A stretch of 64,000 bases of DNA from Eledone cirrhosa (taxonomy: Eukaryota). This document shows positions 54,116 to 64,000 of this stretch, piece after piece. The position numbers and the translations under genes were made by a program. The notes below the pieces were generated by a model. That model did not search any database. It saw only the letters and a program-made list of their open reading frames with translations, and was not told where the DNA came from. The DNA is taken from NCBI GenBank assembly GCA_964016885.1, contig OZ024742.1:304854001-304918000 (forward strand), read 5' to 3'. The stretch's first letter is position 1, and each line of letters begins with the position of its first letter.

Positions 54116-57100
54116 TTATATATATACGTCCATATATATATGTGTGTATGTGTGCGTGTAGACGCCGTTGTTTTTATCTATGTGTGCATACGCCGCATAG
54201 GCATATAAATAAATATGAGAAATATTCAATATGTTGTATTCATCTTCACGTTATTACGCCTTTGCTCATATATATATTTGTTGTATCTCGGCCGATATGT
54301 CTGTTTGTTCATCAAATTATCAAACTGAATATGTGTCTAAAGAAAAAAAATACACTCAGGTTTTATGAATAATTTGTCTGCTGCATGTCACTATATATCT
54401 GCATTACACATCTGTGTATCCGTCTCTATGTTTGTCTATCCTTCCGTCTATACTCTCCCGCTCTCGATGTTCAGAGGATTGTATGCCCGTATGTCTCTTT
54501 ATTTATCTAAATATAATCAATAGCAATTTTTTCTATTTCTTCATCTCTGCAGCCAGCTAACCCACCGCCATCTCTAGATGATGGAGACAGCCGGGCAGTC
54601 AGGCCACCTTGTAGTCAGGCAGACAATTGGACATTTAGCGGTGGCTGTCAGTCTTCCCATTAATCTGCGACTGTCATTTGGCTCAGACAAATCGTCTCTT
54701 CTCTCACTGACCACCACTTAATGCCATTACACAGGATACCTATATTGACTGCAAATGAATGTTTACAAATTGTCTGCTCCATTCGGCTGAGCTCAGATTC
54801 GCCTCTCATATCACTCCTCATATGATTTTCAATATCTTTATCAATTGCGTGAGACAAAATATTTGCGTGTAGAATATACATTTGCGTGCATTAACGTATA
54901 CACAAATATGTGTATTTCTGTTTGTTATCTAGTATCACCTTCTCATATATCATTTCACCATCGGAGCCCCTACAACTTCATTAAAACAATCATATTCATT
55001 GAAACCATACAAATTCAAGGGATAACTAAATTCTGCGTTACTATCGCCCTTACCAGTATCATTCTAACACAAATCATATTTCCAGCACTCATGTAATGGT
55101 CATTATTACTACGACTTCCACTCAACACAACCTTCGGCAATTATTCCAACTGCAACAACTACTAACGCTAAACATCTCTCCTCACAGCTACTGTAATACA
55201 CACACTCACTCACACACACATACATACACACTCACACACATGTATATATTTATATATATATATATATATATATAAATTCAGCGAGAATCGCATTTCGGCG
55301 GGTAGAAAAAGCGAAACATAACGGAAATTCAGAGTCATGCTAGCAAGCGCTCCTATGGCTAAAAAACCAGAGCTATAAACATAGGTTATAAACGCCATAC
55401 AAGCTGAGAAGGCGGTGAAGAAGGCATTAACCACCTATATATATATATATATGAATAAAAATTTACGAGTAAAATTTGTTGGTGTAGGTAATTGTACAAA
55501 AAAAAATAAAACATGTTATTGCTTACTAACGTATTTTTCTCAACATTGTACTTGTAGGTTACAGAAATAGTCCAATAAGAGGGATAATAATATTAGTAAT
55601 ATGAGACCAGCACTATACAGCACTATGTAGCAATGTAGCACTATATACACATATATTGTATTGAAACATATGTTTAAGAATGAACTTTTGATAAACTTCT
55701 TCACTTTTTTCTATACTCTACGCCTAGTGTTTGAGATTGCCTTTCATGCGTTGAAATATCTATGACCCCCAGCAGACAACTGATGAAGGAAAATGTTCTC
55801 CCTTTCTTGCTTTCCTTATTTATAAGTACACCGTATCCGGCAATTACACAGCCCCTGTTTCTTCTTCTTATATATATATATACATATCATATGCAATATA
55901 TGTATATACATATATATTCGTGTCTGTGATATTGACGAACGTATTCAATGTCGAAGTAGAGTTAAATATTCTTTATTATGTCTAAGTGGTGAGACATGAT
56001 TCTCTGGAGTTTCACCTGTGCAATCACAGGATCAACAGACAAAGCTTTTCTGGTTATCTTGCTGCAGATATTCAGTACATGGATGTGTGTATCTATATGG
56101 CAATGTATGGAAGGATGGGTGGATGAAAATATATATGTATGGGCGGGATGTTCTCTGCAAGACGAGTAATCATTCACGTATATATGTGTTGATTTTCTAC
56201 AGGACAGAGCCTGTCCATGGAAATAAAGTTCAATACATCTTACCACCAGTATATATATATCTATACACACACAGAGGTATATATTTGTATATATGTGTGT
56301 GTGTGTGCATGTGTGTGTGTGTGTGTGTGTATGTGTGTGTGTGTGTGTGTGTGTGTACACAGAGAGAAAAAGGGGAGAGAAAGAAAAAGGGTGAGAAAGG
56401 AAGAGGGAGAGACTTAGAGATAAATTTAGAGAGAGGGGTATGAAAGACAGAGAAAGACAAAGAAGGAGGAATCAGCAGCAGAATCGATTACCTATATGAA
56501 AAGGAGCCTGGAATTTTTTCGTTCTTTTTCGGGTTTACAACGTTATAAGTGTGCGTCTAATATTAAATATAAATTAGATTCATTTAAGTTTTTTGCAATA
56601 ATGGAGGGCTACCACAAACGTCGCTTTAATAGCAGCTCTCTAAAATTAATAAGTTGTTTGTCTATAATTAAGAATGTGTTCAATAGTTTAGAAATTAAAA
56701 AGAAAATGAGAGATGATCAAATATGGCAGCCATCTCATCATATATAATATGTAAATGTTAGTATGTGTGTGTTTATGAGCAGGAATGTGTGCATGTATGT
56801 GGTATTCGTTAGTAATTACATTCCTTCGAACTGTCTTTTCCAACTATTTTCCAACTATTATATATATTAAAAAAATCCATACATCTAGGTGTTTCTCTCC
56901 TTCTCTTCAATCTCGTTGCATTTCTCAGATATATAAACAGAGCCACAGACATGAGAAACGAACGAAACTGGAATTAGAAAGAAAATCAAATAAATGGATA
57001 AAAGATCGAAATACATATACACACACACGCACCTACATGCCAACATATATATGTTATCTCTATATAGAGATAATTACACATACACACATGCATATAGCTT

Positions 57101-57405
57101 CCCACCTTTCCTCCATATGTAATGTTTCACATGGGCACTAGTATGTTCCTTCGTTCTGAAGATTTGTTGTTGAGAAACATTATTCAATGATGTAGCGTAA
57201 GTGTGAAAAGAGTAAATATTTGCCAGCTGATATGACTTGGAGCTACGAGAAAAAATGTTGTCTTGCTTAAGAACAACACACCACTGTTAATCGAAATCAT
57301 GACCTTAATATCGTGCGTAGAAACAATAACGACTACGTCACGCGCTTTCACAGATAATTAATCCTATACCTATATTTAGTTGGTGGTAATTTCACAGTTT
57401 ACTTC

Positions 57406-57588
57406 ATAATAATTGTTTCTACTTTTGGCGCAAGGCCAGCAATTACCCAGTATATTACTGGTACTTTATTTTATCGATCCCGTAAGGATGAAAGGCAAAG
57501 TTAACTTCGACGCGATTTGAACTCAAACCGTAAAGGGACGTAACTATGCTAGCAAGCATGGCGTCCAACCCTCTACTGATACTGCCAA
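57406..57588 (-). mobile_element. SINE family A
   Basis: Reverse-complement match to the 46090 copy. Confidence 0.88.
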
Positions 57589-57714
57589 TAATAATCTTCA
57601 TCTCTTCCTATAGTACAAAATATTCATATTCATAAAACATGTCAATACTTACTTTCTTGAGCTAAAGAGAGTACATTAATTGCGTACTATGCACCTTAAA
57701 TTGGTAAACAGGAA

Positions 57715-57995
57715 TGGTGAACATGGTGTTGTTTCTTTTTTTTTTCTGGAAGACCAGCAGTCGCCAATGCATAAGAGTTTCCGTCCTCCACGACACCGAT
57801 AGTGGCAAAGAGAATGGCAAAGGCCGTTACAGTTTCCCACCAGTGAAGACAGAACTCATTTCTACGGCTGCATGAAAGGGGAGGAACATGAAATGAAGTA
57901 TCTTGCTTAACGACACAATGCATTGGTTGGTCGGAGGATGAAACTCTGAAACTCAAGATTGTAAATCAAACTCTCTAACCACTAGACTACACGCC
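57715..57995 (-). mobile_element. tRNA-derived CORE-type SINE (family B)
   Basis: Minus strand GGCGTGTAGTCTAGTGGTTAGAG A box, GAGTTTCA..TCC B-box-like; body homologous to 37160. Confidence 0.7.
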
Positions 57996-58012
57996 TACAC
58001 ACACACACACAA

Positions 58013-58049
<37 letters not shown>

Positions 58050-58102
58050 TATTATATGACTAAACATACACGCAAACACAAATGTGTGTATGTGCGTGTA
58101 CA

Positions 58103-58154
<52 letters not shown>

Positions 58155-59059
58155 TATAATATATATATATATACATATATATATATTCAATATAAAAAGT
58201 ATGTAGGAAATTTGCGTGCATGCCTGTGTGCATACATTCTTATTTATATACTTAACATTCATGCATGCAAAAAGATAGAGAGAGAGGACGGAGAGAAAGA
58301 CAGAGAGAGAAAGAGAGAAAATGATTGTATGTATCTGTGTGTACGTAAGTGCGCATATGTCAGCCGGTCTCTTGTTGATCTTTTTCTTTTTCTTTTCATT
58401 GTTGCCTTATCTCTCTGTTCAGTTAAGCAATCAGATGCTTGCTCACAACAAGCAAAACAAGCCGGCCTAGAGAAACGCACAAAAACAAAGTAACAAGAAA
58501 AACAACACAGCCCCCTCCCCTGATATTGGATTCATAGATTGATCTGTTTGTTGTGTGGCACCAGCATATGTTAGACATAAGGATTGATGTAACTCACACG
58601 CAATCCGACCTGATCTATTATCGGACGCTCGACAGATTGGTGCGAGATTGCAGAATAAACGTGGCAGATTGCAGAAAAAACGTGGCGAGTATATGTGTGA
58701 GTGATTTTGTGTGAGTCTGTCTACGTGTGAGTGTGTGTCTAAGTGTGAGTGTGTGTATGTGTGTACGTGTGTACATATATATGTGTATGTGTGTGTGTGT
58801 GTGTGTGTGTATTTGCACTAGAGACGAACACATTCAGAAACAAACACACACTTCTTTCATCCTTTCCTCTTTCTCTTGATTTTCCTTCGCTTTAATGCTC
58901 CTCCTTCCACTTTACCCTTCTTCTTCACTCTTTCAGTTCACCCTTCTCCTCTCTCTCCTCTATATTATACTGACCTGCTGTCCTCATTCCAGCCGTCACT
59001 TCCAACACACCATCTACATAACGTCGCCATCATCCTGGTACTTGGAACTCTTCTTTCCA

Positions 59060-59510
59060 GCAAACCAAGGAACCAGCCAGCCAGCCAACCAACTAACAAA
59101 ACAAATAGCCAGCCAATCAACCAGCCAACAAGCCAACTAGTCAAATAAGCATTCAAACCAAAAACCAACCATCCAGCCAACCAAGCAAGCTACCAGCCAA
59201 CCAAGCAAGCTACCAGTCGATTAAACCAACTACCAGCCAACCAAGCAGGTTTCCGGTCGACCTAGCAATCTACCAGACAAACAACCATCAACTAGACATC
59301 CAACCAACTAGCCAACCAACCCACTAGTTAAACAGCCAACCAAACAATAAACCGGTAAACGAACCTAGCAATCCAATAAACAGCCAACCAGCTCACCATC
59401 CACCTAGCCAGCTAAACGATAAACTGATCGCCCAACCACATAGCCAGCCAACCAACCGCTCCATCAATCAACTAGCCAAGTATCCGATAAACCAACCTAC
59501 TATTCCAACC
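59060..59510. repeat. Degenerate (AACC/AGCC)n tetranucleotide tract, followed by (CT)n
   Basis: Directly visible. Confidence 0.85.
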
Positions 59511-59533
59511 ATTCCATATGGTTTCTTATGTTT

Positions 59534-59638
<105 letters not shown>

Positions 59639-59782
59639 TCCCTCTTTCTCTTGTTATATATGTATATATATATATATTAATGCAATGAAATACCTATGAC
59701 CGTTGGTAAATCACTGATGAGGGACTCATTTTATAACATGTTATCCATGTGCAACCATGCAGTATTCTTCTCCCCATTTTTT

Positions 59783-59858
<76 letters not shown>

Positions 59859-60103
59859 ATTAGTTAGACACACAAACACACATGCACACACACAAACAAA
59901 CACACACACATATATATCTATCTTTCTCGACGACAGCTCTTATTAGCTTTATTACTTTCGTGGTAATCAAAACCTGGTGTTTTCCTTTTCTTTTGCTCCA
60001 ACTATCTTTTACATATCCAATCAAACATCCTCGTTGTCAGTGTCTTATTATCTCACTGTAGTTTCTCTTCATTTCACTAATTTTCATAATATCTATATAC
60101 GCA

Positions 60104-60156
<53 letters not shown>

Positions 60157-60269
60157 TTCTATCTCTCTCTATCTATGTTTATCTCTGTACCTGTTTGACT
60201 ATTTATCAATTTGCATATCTATGTATCTATCTCCCTATCAGCTTATTTATCTATCTATATACCCATTAT

Positions 60270-60390
60270 GAAGGGGCATGGCAGAGTGGTTATAGAATTG
60301 GTTTTGCAATCGTGAGGTTGTGAGTTCGATTCTTGTACCAGGTGATGCCTTATGTCATTGAACAAGACACTTTATTTCACATTGCTCCTT
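60270..60390 (+). mobile_element. SINE family B head plus partial CORE domain
   Basis: TGGCAGAGTGG A box, GAGTTCGATTC B box, TTGAACAAGACACTTTATTTCACATTGCTCC. Confidence 0.78.
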
Positions 60391-60589
60391 CGACCTGGAG
60401 TTATGACCGATAGATAGTATTAGCAATTGGAAACACCAATAGAAACATTGTTTCCTCGGTCCGATTTGAGGAAAGTCGATCGACTGTCGATATCCATCTA
60501 GCTATCAACTTATGTGGATCGTGTTCGCATTGAGGGATGGGTGGTCAAACGTTATAAGCTAACCAAGGAGGTTTAAGAAAGTTTTTTTG

Positions 60590-61450
60590 TTTGTTTTGTC
60601 ACTGCAGTTAATAAAGAAACCAGAGGACTTATTGATTATATGGAGCCCTGCCTTTGTAATTTCTGTGGCTTTCGTGGAGCATATATCAGAACCACTCATA
60701 AAACATCCACCCACATCAGGATCTGCAATTGTAGCCACGACTTTGTGTATTGTGTACTAAGCCACAATATAAGTTTGTGTATTGTGTACTAAGCCACAAT
60801 ATAAGTTCCGGTAGTTCCGTGCTTCCACACTTGTCAATTATATTATAAGAGTGGTGATGGCTGTACCACCTGCCCTTAAAACAGGTCGCTGTGGATGTTA
60901 TGTACTTATAAGTTCGGTCACTAGCAATAACCCCACACATCATATACGTTGTTTCTAAGGAGGCATCTGTTGTGCATAGGTTGGCTTGCTGGATTTCTGC
61001 AGTTACAGTCACTATTGGTTGTATGAGTTGTGTCGGAATTCTGTTTATTAGGGCAGTTAAAATCCTAATCCGCATTAATTGAATTGTCTATTACTATGGC
61101 TGTTATTTTACCCTAAGGTAGCAATGTCATTTGCAGGCTTACGCTCTAGTGTACTCATATTCTGTTTAGGTTTCCGCCCCAATTTCCTATAACTGATCTT
61201 GGCTATGTTTTGCGCTATATCTGTTTTTAATTATATATAGAGGACTATGATAACAGTATGCTTATTAAAATTTCTGCTATATTTATGGGATCTGGGGAGA
61301 CAATTGTCAAGTACGTTACAAAAGTCGAGAAACATTGGCTATAAACCAAACTGAATTGTGGTGAGCAGATTTTGTTACATCGCTGTGTTGTGTCATTATA
61401 TGTTATGTAACTAAGCGTGGACGGGGGGTTCTTGTAGTTTGGAAATGTCC
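60590..61450 (-). mobile_element. Decayed Penelope-like element: RT thumb/linker and GIY-YIG endonuclease remnant
   Basis: Across frameshifts: ..NYKNPPSTLSYI.., DCNCRNPASQPMHNRCLLRNNVY, KYITSTATCFKGRWYSHHHSY..STEL...LWL, DICSTK..EI..IINKSS..INC. These resemble the PLE GIY-YIG pattern CNCR..CP..CL..NVIY / YIG.T..FK.R...H..SF..STELS..IW / C.LC..EK..I..LNKR.E..C. Confidence 0.65.
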
Positions 61451-62141
61451 TGAAGGCCACGGAGGGTGCGTTTGATCTAACGTTCTGACTAGCGCTAGTA
61501 AGGTTATTGTTGCTAGGAGTTGCTGTGTCGATGTTAGACCCATACATATATATATATATATATATATATAAGTATAGTGTATGTATGTCTGTATGTATAT
61601 ATGTATATATGTATGCATGCATGTGTGTATGTGAGTGGGGGGTGGGGGGCGGGGTGTGCCAGTGTATGTCTGCATTCATTTAAAATATATTACATTTATT
61701 AAGTCTGAATTAAATACCTTCGCAAAGTATATAATTTCTCTCCCTTTCTAATATTAATCCTCCCTTTCACACTTCCTTATTACATTCGCCCGATCTATCT
61801 CACTCTCTCTCGATCTCTCTCTCTTACACTTTCACTCTCTCTTTCTCTTTCTCTTTCTCCCTCTCTCCTTCTCGTTCTCTCTCGACCCCTCTCTCTCAGT
61901 CTCTGCTTTCTCACTCTCTGCTTCTATTCGCCAGTGTGTTCGTTTATGACTAAGTAACCGAATAAAAACAGGAAGACCTAAAATAATAATAATAATAATG
62001 ATAATAAAAATAATTATAATAATAACGGTAATGAATATAAATTGCGATAATGATAATACTTAAATAATAAATAATATATTGAAAAATATATATAGCAAAA
62101 TAGCTCAGTATCGAGAACAATAGTCCTGATAATGATGACGT

Positions 62142-62178
<37 letters not shown>

Positions 62179-63157
62179 GATAATGATGATGACGACGAGG
62201 AAGAGGATGAGGAAATGGAAACGTAAATAATTTACGTAATAAATAACATAGAAAAGAAAATTATCAGAATTAACACTAAATGGGGGAGAGGCGGGGCTGA
62301 TACATGTGAATATAGGACCACCATAATGGCAGATATGGTGGGGCGTCTGGAGTCTCCATCCGTCTGTCTGTCTGTCTCTAGGACGGTAAGAGAAATGAGA
62401 TATCATTTGTGTGTGAGTGAGTATGTGTTTGGGTGTGGGTGGGTGTTAGTGCGCGTGCGCATGCATGTGTGCGTGCCCTTGTGTGAGTCTATGCATCTGT
62501 GTGATGATTGTGTATATGTACGCAACTTTATCTCATGAGATTTTGTATATGTATGCCTGGTTATATACATAACATTGGAGTGAAATTGTGCGTATATTAT
62601 GCATATATGTGCTTCTGCATGTATGTAGACGTGTTTTTATTTGAGTATATATCTGCGTGTGTGTACATGCATTAATATATGTATTGTAAAGATGGAAGTG
62701 AAGAGGCAGCAGTGTAAATGTGAGTGTGGACGGTAAGGTGTATGCGTGATATGCTGAGGGTTGACCGTGCTGGTGTGAAAGGAGAGTAAAGGTTGGCAAT
62801 TAGAAGAGGACATGATACAGTTATTTCGACATTAATTTCTATTACAACCACAGGTCGGGATGAAAGGAGGGTGTGCGTGAAAGATATGTGGGAGAGATAT
62901 AGAGATAGTAATGACGTATAACATACACGCATACATACGGGTATTCATTCATTCACAAACGCACACATATAGTTACATACGTATACATGCAAATATATTT
63001 ACATACACGTACATGCAAACATTCATCAATACAAACATATATATATGCATGTATGTACAAACATACTAAAATACATTCTCACACATATGTACATACTTCA
63101 TAGACAAACAGACACACACATTCTCTCTTTTTCACACACACACATACACATATATAC

Positions 63158-63214
<57 letters not shown>

Positions 63215-63221
<7 letters not shown>

Positions 63222-63575
63222 GTGAGGTTTTTTTTTACAAAATGAAAAATAACCGAGGTGTCCTACACGAGTGAAAGTATAAAGAAAAAGAGATGAAATC
63301 GAAAATGCAACTGGAGTCTTATTTTTTTTTTAAATATATAGATTTATTTGGTTCCTTTACCGGTTTCGCAGTTCTTCTGCTTTTCAAAAGGTGAGTTGAG
63401 ATGGAGGGTCTGTGGTTTTTCTCACATCTGAGAAAAACCACAGACCCTCCATCTCAACTCAACTTTTGAAAAGCAGAAGAACTGCGAAACCGGTAAAGGA
63501 ACCAAATAAATATATATATATTTTTTTTAAATAAGACTCCAGTTGCATTTTCGATTTCATCTCTTTTTCTTTATA
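63215..63575. mobile_element. Young foldback (arms 63278-63424 / 63429-63575) plus ~63 bp left tail in (TA)n, with a hammerhead in each arm
   Basis: Near-perfect ~147 bp arms around the loop CATC. Confidence 0.85.
63354..63391 (-). ncRNA. Minimal type I hammerhead, U3-A8 variant (mirror copy on + at 63462-63499)
   Basis: CCTT-TTGAAAA-GCAG-aagaa-CTGC-GAAA-CCGG-TA-AAGG: stems I and II are perfect, stem III is palindromic, and CUGANGA has become UUGANAA, which preserves the 3-8 pair. Confidence 0.75.
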
Positions 63576-64000
63576 TATATATATATATATATAAAGAATT
63601 AGTATATCTACCAACATATATATACAGATGCATACCTATGCTAGCAAATATATAGGTTTTGTCTTAGTAACTTTGTGGTTCAATGCAAGGGGTTGCAGAA
63701 CAATAATATGAAAGACGTAAAATAAGAAAATTATAAAAATTAACTTATTACTAAAATTTCACTCCAACTAATTAGTTTCTGAAAGGGAATAAACATGGTT
63801 TCCGAATGGAACAATATGGAAAAATCCTTTCGTCATCAGGGAAGTCTATTCTCAGCTAAGTTCCCAGGCAATGCGTGGACACAGGGAACTTATACAAAAA
63901 TAATTCAGTGGATGGAAAAAAGCAAAGCGTGGACTAAGTTCCAAGACATTGAAAAAATCACTGCCTACTTGGTCGGTGGCAAATTCAAAAGAATCAATCA

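Noticed and set aside
60742-60805. 32 bp direct repeat, CRISPR-like in length
   Set aside because: Two abutting copies without a spacer, in eukaryotic DNA; a simple tandem duplication.
63820-63842. Minus-strand CTGATGA-C-GAAA
   Set aside because: No stem II; probable chance match.

Overview
AT-rich, microsatellite-saturated animal genomic DNA. The TA/CA/GATA/trinucleotide tracts and tRNA-derived SINE types suggest a cephalopod such as octopus (inference). I see no host protein-coding exon; most short ORFs in the track are translated microsatellites or antisense shadows. The main feature is a ~15 kb head-to-tail minus-strand array (11281-26457) of L1/Tx1-clade non-LTR retrotransposons separated by (TAGA)n: two near-identical full-length copies (ORF1 with a CCHC knuckle, intact APE-RT-zinc-finger ORF2), a ~25 bp stub, and an older 5'-truncated, decayed relative. 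The ORF track does not show a second system: short elements embedded in (TA)n, many forming long foldbacks with a one-sided tail. Several carry minimal type I hammerhead ribozyme motifs with palindromic stem III, and most tails share an ACTC(T/C)AC..TTGAGT motif. A decayed Penelope-like GIY-YIG element (~60.6-61.45 kb) is a plausible autonomous partner. RTE and R4/Dong-like fragments and two SINE families are also present, and each element family is associated with a different microsatellite. All structures and alignments were read by eye, so boundaries are approximate.
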